From Candidatus Latescibacterota bacterium (GTDB taxonomy: Bacteria > Latescibacterota > UBA2968 > UBA8231), in the NCBI GenBank assembly GCA_965243025.1, contig CBDETY010000003.1, positions 256,001 to 320,000 of the forward strand: a stretch of DNA of 64,000 bases, in the 5' to 3' direction. Both the position numbers and the translations under genes were made by a program. Every line of letters begins with the position of its first letter. Positions within the stretch are counted from its first letter, which is position 1. Shown in pieces: positions 47,653 through 57,231 of this stretch. The notes under the pieces are model-generated. The model did no database searches, was not told where the DNA came from, and saw only the letters and a list, made by a program, of their open reading frames with translations.

Positions 47653-49302
47653 TCAGCGCAGGTACGTCCTCGCCCCGTATTTCCGCCGCAGTCCGCGCGC
47701 GTACTCGACGAAGCCTCGCCTCAGGGCATCTATCCGCAGGTACCCGCTCGCGCGCCTCCGGGATTCGTCGTCGAACGGCTTCATCTCCGGGGGCCGGTTC
47801 TCGACGACCTTGAAGACGGAAAAGCCGTTCTCCAACCGGACCGGACCCACGACCTGCCCCACCCTGGTTCCTTTCGCCTCCTTGTACAGTTCGCGCAAAG
47901 GGCTGCGTTTGGTGAGCTCGATCAGCCCGTCGTGGTGAGCAACCCCCTCGCGAATGGTGTGCAGGCGGGCGAGCTCCGCGGCGTCCTCTCCGGCGTCGAG
48001 CCTGTCCCGCAGCTGCCGGGCAAGTTCCCTGAAGGCGACGAGGATTTCGATGACAACGACCTCCTCCCACGTCTGGAATTTCTCGGGATGAGCCTCGTAG
48101 TAGGCGAAGGACTCGGCCGCGGAAGGGGGTGGAATCCGGTCGTCGACACCCCGCTTGCGGAGGGTGCTCAGGATCAGGTCGTCCCGTTTGTCCGCAACCG
48201 CCGCTTCGAGCTCGGGATCCTCCTCCCCCCGGGTCAGGCGTTTCATCTCTTCCAGGAATAGCCGTGCGGGTATTGCCCGTTCCCGCAGGAGCGACTCGAG
48301 GAGACCGGGCTGGTCCCTCATTTCCGGATTGAGGTTGGCTTCGGGAACGAGGGTGACGAAATCCTCGAACGACAGGTTCCCCCCTTCGTACAGGCACAGG
48401 ATGCCGTCGGGCAGAGGGGAGGATTCGAGCCCCGCCGCCGCGAACTCACCGAACAGATCGTGGAGCCGGCCGGTTTCACGGGGGGAATAGGCCTCGTCCA
48501 GGGAATCGAGCAGGGCCTTGCGCCGGGCCTTCAGCTTGACCTGGTAGAGTTCGCCGATCCAGGGATGGCGGGAGCGGGCGTCCGCCAGGGAAGGGGAAAC
48601 CGGACCCAGATTGACCGGGATTTCGTCGGTAACCCTGATGACGGCGTAGTTGGTGGCGCCCTTGTAGAAAAACGGGATCGGCTCGGAGAGTTCACCGACC
48701 TCGAGCTCGAAAATGCCGTGCAGGGCCTCGACGATTCCGTCCTTCTTCAGGTACTCCATGCTGTCTCCCCCGGTCTCCCGGGCCGGGTCGTAGAGAGAGC
48801 GCTCCCGCGACATCCCGGCGAAATCCGCCCCGGCGTGCAGGGCCTGAATCGCCTCTTCCGCCTCCTTCCTGGTCGGCAGCAGCATCCCGGAGATGCGCAG
48901 GGCCCGGTCCCGGTGCGTCTCCCTGAAAAAGGCCAGAATCTCCTCTTCGGACAGCGAAACCTTCTGCGTCACTTCGCGGTACACGTACATCTTGATCAAC
49001 TGGTCCTTGCGGAAGCGCTCCACCGCTCTCCCGAGCCAGGCCTCTTCGCCGACCCCCTGTTCCTGCGCCTCCATCAGCAGGGCCTTCTTGTCGACGAGGG
49101 ATCTCAGCAGGGCGCTGTCCGAGTGCGCGGGGGCCTCCGGTGAGAGTGTTCTTTTGACCGATGACCTGAACCGCTCCAGGTCGGCGCGGGTGATCTCCTC
49201 GCCGGCGATCTCCGCAACCACTTCCTCCGGCTCGGCCCCGGCGCGGGTCCATGGGAACAACAGGGCTGCGGCGGACAGGGTCCACCACCATCTGCTGCGC
49301 AT
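47653..49302 (-). CDS. SurA/PrsA-like periplasmic chaperone with two parvulin (PpiC)-type domains
   Basis: Signal peptide MRSRWWW..AGA; VVAEIAGEEIT; GADFAGMSRERS..GGD, LEVGELSEPI; GEDAAELARLHT, GQVVGPV..GFSVFKV; alternative starts at 49311 and 49323. Confidence 0.85.
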   Translation of the reverse strand: MRSRWWWTLSAAALLFPWTRAGAEPEEVVAEIAGEEITRADLERFRSSVKRTLSPEAPAHSDSALLRSLVDKKALLMEAQEQGVGEEAWLGRAVERFRKDQLIKMYVYREVTQKVSLSEEEILAFFRETHRDRALRISGMLLPTRKEAEEAIQALHAGADFAGMSRERSLYDPARETGGDSMEYLKKDGIVEALHGIFELEVGELSEPIPFFYKGATNYAVIRVTDEIPVNLGPVSPSLADARSRHPWIGELYQVKLKARRKALLDSLDEAYSPRETGRLHDLFGEFAAAGLESSPLPDGILCLYEGGNLSFEDFVTLVPEANLNPEMRDQPGLLESLLRERAIPARLFLEEMKRLTRGEEDPELEAAVADKRDDLILSTLRKRGVDDRIPPPSAAESFAYYEAHPEKFQTWEEVVVIEILVAFRELARQLRDRLDAGEDAAELARLHTIREGVAHHDGLIELTKRSPLRELYKEAKGTRVGQVVGPVRLENGFSVFKVVENRPPEMKPFDDESRRRASGYLRIDALRRGFVEYARGLRRKYGARTYLR

Positions 49303-49372
49303 TTGCACCATTCCTTCCGTCATGGGAAAGCCCCTTCCGGAAGAAGGGGCCCGAGTGAAACAGACCAGTTCT

Positions 49373-52063
49373 TCAGTAGGCGACTGCGATCGTCCTCGCC
49401 GCGTGGGTGTCCTCCACGCCGGTTCCTTCGGTGGCCGTATCCAACCCCAGCCGCACCGTGTACAGCCCCGGAGGGACCAGGTTTCCCGACTCGTCGAGAC
49501 CGTCCCAGGAAATCGCGTAGCGGCCCGCGCTGACGTCGCGGCGTTCCTGGATGCGGCGCAGGAGGCGGCCTGCGAGATCGAAAATCTCCACCTCGGCGGG
49601 GCTGCCGGGGCCCACCATGACCACCGAAAACTCGAACAGGGCGGCGTCGTTGATCCCGTCCCCGTTGGGCGTGAACAGGCCGGGGGCCTGCAATCCCCGA
49701 AGCAGGCCGCCCCCGCCGCCGCTTTCGGCCACCACGAGCAGCGAGTTCCCGTCTGCCAGCCCGGTGGCGTCGCCGACATCGATCCGCTGCCAGAACTCCC
49801 CGGCGGAGTTGCGCAGCCAGGGCTCCAGGCGTCCCCCCGAGGAGTAGAGCGTTGCGGGAAAATCGAGGCGCACGAGGTCCACTCCCGATTCGACAAGGGG
49901 AAACCGCACCAGCAGGCTGTCTCCGAAGCCCGCAACCTCCGCCCCCGCCACCAGGAGTTCGCCCGGATCGTTCGCGGCGGCCTCGAACTGGGAAGCGCGG
50001 CCGGCGTACATCCTCACCCTGTCGCGCGCCGTCTCCTCCTCTCCGAGCACCATGCCCGAAGGCGGCCGGATCAGGAGCTCGTCGAAGCCGGTCTCCAGGG
50101 CGTCGACGGCGACGTGAAGGGTGAAGCGGCGCTCGATTCCGAGAGTATCGACCCGGGTGGGAGCCACTTCTCCGAACAGCCGGCTGGCGACCGGTTCGGC
50201 GAAATGCAGTCGCAACGACCGCAAGGTCGCGGCGGTGTCCTGTCGGTCAGAGAGCAGGGAGGCCCGGATTTTCAGGATCTTTCGCGGCGACGGCGACTCG
50301 ATCAGGCTTCCGGCCGGATCTTCGTAGCGGGTGCTCCACGGCGACCACTCGGGACCCTCCTCGTAAATCACCCTCTTGTCCTTGTTCTTGGTAAAGCTCT
50401 TCTGTCCCCGGCTGTAGAATTTGTCCGCCCCTTCCTGCCCCCGCCCGTAGAGCAACCCGTCGTCCCGGAAGTACAGGGTGTCGGGGATCAGCACGTTTCC
50501 CGTTTTCGTCTGCAGCACCACCTGGGTTCCCGGCGGCGTGTCCGCCTCCCACTCGATGGCGGTCAGGTTGCGGCTCCCAGGCAGCTCGATGGGATTCGAC
50601 AGCAGCTCCACCTCGGGATGGTATCCCGACCCGAACAACTGCATTTCCGTCAGCGGGTGGACGCCGCTGCAGTTCCGGATATCCCAGGCGAAGCGGAAGA
50701 AACGCGCCTTGACGGGATCGAAATCGTGGCGCCTCAGGCGCATGCCGCTCGCGGGAACGCCTGAGAAGCTCTCGTCCTCCGCCCTGTTGTAGACCACTGT
50801 CGCCGTCCAGGCGAAACCGCCGTTGGCCTGCCTCGCCCCGTCGGAGAAATCGAGGCGGTAGCTGCAGTACTCCTGCACCGCGGCGGCGGACCGGAAGTTG
50901 GCAACCATGCGGTAGGCGTCGATCCAGTACCACGAGCCCAGATCGAAGAACAGCTCGTCCTCGTTCCTCTGGTCCCGGGTGTGCAGGGGAAAGTTGAAAC
51001 CCGTCTCCACGTCTCCGTCGAAGAGGATGTCGGCGCTGAAGTCGTGGTCAATGGCGATCTGTCCTCCCCGGTCCGCGACCCCCTGGATGATCTCGTCCCC
51101 GGATCCCCAGACCTCCAGCTCGGCCAGCCTCGGGCGCTCGCGCTCGAAATAGCGGATCGGGCCCCGGCGGGCCGGTTCGAGCTGCTCCCACACCTCCGGG
51201 GAAACGGCGACTTCCCTGCCGTCCGGCAGTCTCTTGGTGTGCTCGACGAACCCCCGGTCCGCCGGTGCGAGGTTCTCCCAGGCCGCCAGTCCCTCTTCCC
51301 CTTCTCCGACGACCCGCCCCCGGTCGAGGTCGCTGTCGCGGACCACGATCTGCAGGAAGCGGCCGAGGGGATCGATCTGGCCTGGGGCGGTCTGCGAGAG
51401 GTCGAGATCGAACACCCGCCGGGTCTTGTTGGGCACCAGGGTCTGAATCACCGGGACGTAATCGCGGACGTCGCCCTGTTTCGCGGTCGGAGGCTTCAGC
51501 CCGCTGGACACCAGCAGATCGAAAAGCAGGAATGGATCCCCCTCCCCCTCGGGGGCGAACCGCAGGACGATGCGGTCGATGATGACCAGGCGTCCGAGGT
51601 CGACGGTGAACCACCATTGCGAGGGCAGGTCGACGTCTCCCGAGGGCGGGGCCGGCTCCCAGAAGGTCGACATGTCTCCGTCGAGCACATTGACGACCTC
51701 GTCGCGGTTGGTTCCGGCCTCGATCCCGTCGAGCAGCTCGATCTGGGACCGGTCCTTGTCCCTGACGTTTTCGGGGGGATGGAGGCGGAGAAAGTCGACG
51801 ATATCGAGGCAGGCGTTGGTGTTTTTTCTCAGCCTGCCGGATCGGACCCCGGCGTCGGTGACTTCGATGGTTCCGGCGGGGAATATCCATTCCCGCCAGA
51901 GGTCCGGCCGGTCGACGACGATCTGGTCTCCCCCGGCCCTTCTGTATCCCTGCTGTCCTCCCGCATCGGTGAGATTCGGGGGCAGGAGAAGGGAAGCGGC
52001 ACCCGCCAGGGAACCGGCGAGAAGGAGGCCGTTCAGGGTCCGGGAACGGATTCTCATTGCCAT
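49373..52063 (-). CDS. Secreted protein, family B: two discoidin-like modules + C-terminal FlgD/CHU_C-type domain
   Basis: Signal peptide; VLDGDMSTFW..VDLGR and ILFDGDVETG..FDLG; WSPWS; FTPNGDGIND, IFDLAGR, WDGLDESG..VPPGLY; ends TIAVAY. Confidence 0.85.
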   Translation of the reverse strand: MAMRIRSRTLNGLLLAGSLAGAASLLLPPNLTDAGGQQGYRRAGGDQIVVDRPDLWREWIFPAGTIEVTDAGVRSGRLRKNTNACLDIVDFLRLHPPENVRDKDRSQIELLDGIEAGTNRDEVVNVLDGDMSTFWEPAPPSGDVDLPSQWWFTVDLGRLVIIDRIVLRFAPEGEGDPFLLFDLLVSSGLKPPTAKQGDVRDYVPVIQTLVPNKTRRVFDLDLSQTAPGQIDPLGRFLQIVVRDSDLDRGRVVGEGEEGLAAWENLAPADRGFVEHTKRLPDGREVAVSPEVWEQLEPARRGPIRYFERERPRLAELEVWGSGDEIIQGVADRGGQIAIDHDFSADILFDGDVETGFNFPLHTRDQRNEDELFFDLGSWYWIDAYRMVANFRSAAAVQEYCSYRLDFSDGARQANGGFAWTATVVYNRAEDESFSGVPASGMRLRRHDFDPVKARFFRFAWDIRNCSGVHPLTEMQLFGSGYHPEVELLSNPIELPGSRNLTAIEWEADTPPGTQVVLQTKTGNVLIPDTLYFRDDGLLYGRGQEGADKFYSRGQKSFTKNKDKRVIYEEGPEWSPWSTRYEDPAGSLIESPSPRKILKIRASLLSDRQDTAATLRSLRLHFAEPVASRLFGEVAPTRVDTLGIERRFTLHVAVDALETGFDELLIRPPSGMVLGEEETARDRVRMYAGRASQFEAAANDPGELLVAGAEVAGFGDSLLVRFPLVESGVDLVRLDFPATLYSSGGRLEPWLRNSAGEFWQRIDVGDATGLADGNSLLVVAESGGGGGLLRGLQAPGLFTPNGDGINDAALFEFSVVMVGPGSPAEVEIFDLAGRLLRRIQERRDVSAGRYAISWDGLDESGNLVPPGLYTVRLGLDTATEGTGVEDTHAARTIAVAY

Positions 52064-52149
52064 CCCTCAGTAGTTCCCATGTGCCTGCGGCACAACCCGA
52101 TACATGAAACGGCGACTCTTCATGGGCAATTCCCCGCAGCGCGATTTCC

Positions 52150-54183
52150 TTAATAGACGAGGGCGACGGCCTCGGTGACCGCGCCGGTCGCCGCATCGGT
52201 TTCCACCTCCAGGCGCAGGAGGTATATCCCCGGAGGCAGCAGGTTCTGCCCGTCGGTCCCGTTCCAGGTTTCGCGGAAGCTGCCGCTTTCCCGCTCGCTG
52301 ACGATCCCCGCCACTTTTCTTCCGGAGAGGTCGTGGAAGGATACCGTTACCGGCACGGACCCGACCATGTTGACGAGCTCGTACTCGATCGCCAGCTCGT
52401 CGTTGATGCCGTCCCCGTTCGGCGTCAGGGCCGGGGTCGAGAGCCGCAGCCCGGCCACCGATTCGGCCTCGATCTCGGTGAGGCTCACGCTCAGACTGTT
52501 TCCGTCGACAAGGGGGTCGGCGTCCCCGGCGGCGATGCGCTGGCGCACCTCCCACTCCCGGGTGCTGTCGAACACCCGGCCCGAGAACACGGTGCCGTAC
52601 TGGAAAACCCGGGCGCGGAAGATGACCTGGATGGGGATCAGCGAGCTCTGCGCGTCCCTGCGGTACTCCTCGGGCAAAGGTATGACGAACCCGTCCGGTC
52701 CCACCTGGGCGAGGGCGCTGACGTCAAGGGTGTCGATCGCCGCCGCGTCGGTGGGGGAGCTCAGGATGACGGTGTCGACGCTCGCCGCCCGGGCGGGAGT
52801 ATCGATCTCGATGCTGTCGAAACCGAGGTCGTCCTCCCCGAACTCCGGAAGCAGGGTGTAGGCGAACCGCACGGTTTCCCCGGACTGCACCCGCACCGGG
52901 GTGATCTCGGCGGCCAGCTCGCTGACGATCGGCGGTTTGCTGACGGTGAACTCGATGTAGTCGAGCCGGCTTCCGGCCTGCACCGGCCGTTGCGAGAGGA
53001 AGTTGGCGCTGAACTGGATGAACCGCCGCGGCAGGTTGGCCACCAGCCGGTCCTCACCCAGGTCGAAATCCAGCGGCGGGGTCCAGAAATCCCAGTTCCG
53101 CGTGTCGGGTGCGATACCCCCGCGCTCACCGGTCTCCAGGTCGAAGTAGGCGTCCCGTGTAAGCGGCTTCCCCGAAGCGTCGAAGCGCGACCGCTCCTCG
53201 CCCCGGAAGGTATTGCGCCAGTACACGTTGGGATCGGTGTCGCTGCCGTTGCGCACGGTGAGCTCCACCACGGCTCCCTCGTCCCGCGAGCCGGACCAGA
53301 TCAGGGTCCCGAGACTGGCTGGTTCCCCGAGATCGAGGATGTTGGAGACATAGGTCGCCTCGGGGGCGAAACCGGAGGCGTAGATCTCGATCTCCGCCAC
53401 CTCCCACTTGCCGACGATGGTCTCGAAGAAGATGTGCCGGGCGGGAACGTTCCCCATGTCGAGCTCGAGCAGGGGAACGGTGTTCTCCAGCATGATGTGG
53501 CGGAGGTTGAAGTTCAACGGGCCGGAGCGCCAGTAGAAGTTCATGTCCCGGGTGCCCTCCTTCAGCGGATCGCCGTCGCTCGTTCCGATCAGGAAGGACT
53601 TCACCGGGCGCTCGTCGAAGTACTTGGGGGTCGGGTACATGCGGATCAGGTGGATGGGAAAGGCGCCGCCGAGGCTGAGCCAGATCGCCTTGGAGTTGCT
53701 CCCGGGAAGGTTTCTGTTGGCGCCGCACTGGCTCCGGGGAAGCCGCGAAGAGCAGCTCGACCCACCCTTGTAGTGGCTGCCGCCGCCGTCGTAAGCCGTG
53801 GACGGATCCCCGTCGAACAGGAAATCGAGCTGCGGCTCGTCCTCGAATCCGTACCCGTCCGACGACTTTATCCAGCCCCCCGGCCGCTCGCGCAGGGTCG
53901 GCGTGAGGTTGACGGTCGGGTCCATCCTTTCGGGACCGATGGAACCGTCGGCGGTCTCGACCAGGAGCGCCCGGCCGAAGCGGTCCTCGTCGACGGGGGT
54001 CCAGGGAAGGGAGACGAACTCGACGTCCCAGTTTTCGGGGAACTCCGGCTCGGGCAGGTCTTCGGCGCCCCCGAGCCGGTAGACGAAGAGGGTGGCGCTC
54101 GTCTCCGCCATCCAGCCGGGACTGAGAGCGACCAGGGCGCCCAGGAGAAGGGCCCCGAACAGGTTGGCAGGCGATCGGTCCAT
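52150..54183 (-). CDS. Secreted protein, family B: discoidin-like module + C-terminal FlgD/CHU_C-type domain
   Basis: GGAGG RBS before MDRSPA; LFDGDPST; GFAPEATYVSNILDLG; LTPNGDGIND, DLSGR, WNGTDG..PPGIY; ends AVALVY. Confidence 0.85.
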   Translation of the reverse strand: MDRSPANLFGALLLGALVALSPGWMAETSATLFVYRLGGAEDLPEPEFPENWDVEFVSLPWTPVDEDRFGRALLVETADGSIGPERMDPTVNLTPTLRERPGGWIKSSDGYGFEDEPQLDFLFDGDPSTAYDGGGSHYKGGSSCSSRLPRSQCGANRNLPGSNSKAIWLSLGGAFPIHLIRMYPTPKYFDERPVKSFLIGTSDGDPLKEGTRDMNFYWRSGPLNFNLRHIMLENTVPLLELDMGNVPARHIFFETIVGKWEVAEIEIYASGFAPEATYVSNILDLGEPASLGTLIWSGSRDEGAVVELTVRNGSDTDPNVYWRNTFRGEERSRFDASGKPLTRDAYFDLETGERGGIAPDTRNWDFWTPPLDFDLGEDRLVANLPRRFIQFSANFLSQRPVQAGSRLDYIEFTVSKPPIVSELAAEITPVRVQSGETVRFAYTLLPEFGEDDLGFDSIEIDTPARAASVDTVILSSPTDAAAIDTLDVSALAQVGPDGFVIPLPEEYRRDAQSSLIPIQVIFRARVFQYGTVFSGRVFDSTREWEVRQRIAAGDADPLVDGNSLSVSLTEIEAESVAGLRLSTPALTPNGDGINDELAIEYELVNMVGSVPVTVSFHDLSGRKVAGIVSERESGSFRETWNGTDGQNLLPPGIYLLRLEVETDAATGAVTEAVALVY

Positions 54184-54244
54184 CGCGGGACCTCCTTTGA
54201 TGGCGGGCCTTGCGTCAGAATATGCTGACCGGGAGGGCATGCGG

Positions 54245-57220
54245 CTATCTCAGGGCGGCGAAAAGGGTCAGGTAGGCGAGGCCGGCGGTCATCGCCTTGC
54301 GCTCCTCCGCGACGACCTCGAGGGAGCGCCGGTCGACGCGCAGTCCGGTCTGCATGGTCAGCCTGTACCCGAGGAACTCGCTGACGTTGGTGAGCTGGAG
54401 CGCCGCCGCGGTGCCCCGGAAATCGCCGGAGACCGTCCCCGCCGGGAGCTCCTCCTCGCCCCTTGCCAGCTCCTCGAAGAAACGCTGCTCCAGTCCGGCC
54501 TTGAGGCGGCTCTTCTTGAGCACGGGGAACTCGACCAGGAGGAAGAAGATGCGGTCCCAGGAGCGCCGCTTTCTCTCGGTCAGACTGAACGGGGTCTCGC
54601 GCAGAAACTCGCTCTTGAACCTGGGCGACAGCTCGACCCGCCCGTACCGCTGCAGGTACTCGATCTTGTTGATGAGCCCGAAGAACCCCGACTCCCGGCG
54701 TCCGTTGCGCCCCTCCGGTCCCAGGGGATCGAATACCGACAGGGTGTCTCCCGCCGCGTCCAGGTTGACCTGCGGGTCGCTGTGGCGCTGCCTCCAGGTC
54801 TCCCATTTCAGGCGGCTCATCGACCTCCAGGGGCGCTGGCCGGCCAGCTCCCAGTCGGCGTAGAGGACGTTGATCCAGGTGTCCTCGGCGGCCAGCGGGT
54901 CGAGGACCGGCTCCATGCGGCCGCTGCTCGCGGTGGGATTGCCCAGCAGGGTCCGCCTCATGCGCCACTGTACCAGGTTGTCGGGGATGGTGTCCTCCGC
55001 CTTCCTCAGCATCTCGAAGACGCGTACCCGTCCGGCTCGCGGCGTGTTCCTGTCCAGGGTGAGCAGGCCGTAGCTGGTCCGGTTGACGCGGCTCGACCTG
55101 CCCATCTCCTCCCGCAGCTGTCCGAGCTTCAGTTCGATCTCCGGGGTGATCTCGACGCCGCCGAAGAGATTGTAGCCGAAGTGGTCCTTCTTGTAGGGGT
55201 AGTCGGGCTCGTCGTCGTTCTCGAAGCGCTCGACCCAGCCGTTGTTGTTGAGGTCCATGCCGAAGAGGAACTGCGGCCTGTCGGAGCGGAAGCGCAGGAA
55301 GGGCTCGTCGTAATCGGGAAAGAAGTTCGGCCGCTCCGGCGTCGTGTTCTGGTTGAAGTCGGGAATGAAGTCCTGGTTCTCGTCGTACCCGGGAAACACC
55401 TCGGGGTCGGCGACGCCGCTCACGTCGATGGACCTCACGCGACTTGCCCGGACGGGGACCAGGGATCCCTGCCCGAAGCGGCGTTGATCGGGTTGGCGGT
55501 CGTTGTCGTCGTTGTCGTCGACGTAGTCGTAGAGCAGTTCGGTCGCCCCGGTGCCGTAGTTGGGCAGACCGCCGAGGTCCATCAGCAGGACGCTGGTCGT
55601 GTAGTCGTCGTCCATGCCGAACCCCTCGGCGAACAGGGACAGGGGCCCTCCCCTCCAGGAGGCGTTGACCATCCACCCGACGGCGCGCTCGTGGCCCGGG
55701 AAGCCGGAGATGGCGCGGTGCTGGCTGCGGGTGACTCCGGGGTACTTGCGGTACTGGTTGTTGAGGTTGACCTCGCCGTAGAAGTCGAAGCCGCGGAAGT
55801 CCCGGATCTCGGCGGTGAAGCCGGCGATGTTGTTCGCCGTGGGCAGGCCGTAGTCGAACACGACCTCGCGCTGGTTGAGCCGGTTCTTGACGTTTCCGGC
55901 GGCGCGCGTCACCGTGCGGAACTGGGGAACCCCCTCCTCGTCGGTCTGCCGGTCCGAGGTCACGGCGATGGCGTAGTCGTTGGCGACGATGAGCCTGATA
56001 CGGAGGTTCTCGACGGCCGCGATCGCCTCCTCCGCCTCGGTCGGGGTCAGGCCCAGCGCGGTCCCCAGCAGGGAGCGCAGCGTGAGGGGTTCCAGCTGCG
56101 CGACCCTTTCCTCGGCGACGATCTGCGGCGGCAGCTCCAGAAGGTAGTTGAGGACGATCACGTCGCCGCCGTCGGCGGTGCGGAACCCCTCGACCAGCCT
56201 GCCCTCGCCGATCCCGACCTCGCCGGTGACGAACTGAAGCCCGGGAATCGCCTCGAAGCCGATGTCGCTGCCGACTATGACGGTATCGATCGGCACGACC
56301 GCCACCCCGTCGCCGGCCGGCACCTCGCGCATCAGGGTCGTGCTGATCTCTATGTCGCTGCTGATGAGAACCGCCCCTCCTTCGCCGTCCTCGGGGGAGT
56401 CGTCGGAGATCCTGACGGCGAGGGTGTTCACCCCCCTCGAAGCCTGCTCGGGCGAGAGGAAGCCCTTCAGGGGGTTCCCCTGCATGGTTTCGTAGGTGCC
56501 GCTGTTGTTGTGGCTGTTGACGAAGTTGAACCCGAGGGTGAGGGCGTCGTTGACGTCCAATTCCATGCGGCCTCCGGCAAGGGCGGTAGTGTTCCTCACC
56601 CTTCCCGCCCCGGTGCCCAGCATCGGGACGTTGATCCTCGAAAACAGGCCGGTGGCGCGGTAGCGGCCGCTCTGCATGCTCGTGACGACGCCGTTGAACC
56701 CCGCCTTGCGCAGGGTCATCGGGGTCAGCAGCGCCGAGATCTCGTCCCCGATGAGAATGGAGAACGAGGTGTCGCCGCGGCGGTCGGAGCTGATGAGCAG
56801 GCGGTCGAACCAGCTCAGGTACTGGCCCTGGCGGACGATGTTGGAGCTCTGCGAAAGCAGCGGCTGGGTCTGGCGCCAGTCGTAGATCAGCCAGCCCTTG
56901 GAAGCGAGGTTGCCGTAGAGGTCGTAGAAGTAGTCCCCTTCCTGGCCGGGAGCGACGTAGCGCAGGTAGCTGTCGATCCCCCAGTTGGTGTACTGCCACT
57001 GGCGGCGGCCGTACTCGGCGAACTGGGTCGGCGGCATGTACCACCGGTGAACGGCCGGATCGAGAGTCCCGGCGTATATCGGCACCCCGGCGGACCGGAA
57101 GAACAGCTCCTCCCCGAGGCGGGAACCGAGGCGGTTGCCGTACTCGACGGCGACCAGCGGGGCTCCCGCCAGATGGAGCAGCACCGCTCCCGCCAACCAC
57201 GCCGCTGTCTTCGCCCGCAT
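54245..57220 (-). CDS. Uncharacterised ~990-aa exported protein, family A (putative outer-membrane beta-barrel)
   Basis: Start MRAKTAAW with GGAG RBS and signal peptide; alternating amphipathic strands; conserved DDNDD..PD / FPGYDENQDFIPDFNQN / DLNNNGWVERFEND core. Confidence 0.82.
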   Translation of the reverse strand: MRAKTAAWLAGAVLLHLAGAPLVAVEYGNRLGSRLGEELFFRSAGVPIYAGTLDPAVHRWYMPPTQFAEYGRRQWQYTNWGIDSYLRYVAPGQEGDYFYDLYGNLASKGWLIYDWRQTQPLLSQSSNIVRQGQYLSWFDRLLISSDRRGDTSFSILIGDEISALLTPMTLRKAGFNGVVTSMQSGRYRATGLFSRINVPMLGTGAGRVRNTTALAGGRMELDVNDALTLGFNFVNSHNNSGTYETMQGNPLKGFLSPEQASRGVNTLAVRISDDSPEDGEGGAVLISSDIEISTTLMREVPAGDGVAVVPIDTVIVGSDIGFEAIPGLQFVTGEVGIGEGRLVEGFRTADGGDVIVLNYLLELPPQIVAEERVAQLEPLTLRSLLGTALGLTPTEAEEAIAAVENLRIRLIVANDYAIAVTSDRQTDEEGVPQFRTVTRAAGNVKNRLNQREVVFDYGLPTANNIAGFTAEIRDFRGFDFYGEVNLNNQYRKYPGVTRSQHRAISGFPGHERAVGWMVNASWRGGPLSLFAEGFGMDDDYTTSVLLMDLGGLPNYGTGATELLYDYVDDNDDNDRQPDQRRFGQGSLVPVRASRVRSIDVSGVADPEVFPGYDENQDFIPDFNQNTTPERPNFFPDYDEPFLRFRSDRPQFLFGMDLNNNGWVERFENDDEPDYPYKKDHFGYNLFGGVEITPEIELKLGQLREEMGRSSRVNRTSYGLLTLDRNTPRAGRVRVFEMLRKAEDTIPDNLVQWRMRRTLLGNPTASSGRMEPVLDPLAAEDTWINVLYADWELAGQRPWRSMSRLKWETWRQRHSDPQVNLDAAGDTLSVFDPLGPEGRNGRRESGFFGLINKIEYLQRYGRVELSPRFKSEFLRETPFSLTERKRRSWDRIFFLLVEFPVLKKSRLKAGLEQRFFEELARGEEELPAGTVSGDFRGTAAALQLTNVSEFLGYRLTMQTGLRVDRRSLEVVAEERKAMTAGLAYLTLFAALR

Positions 57221-57231
57221 CTCCTTCACCT

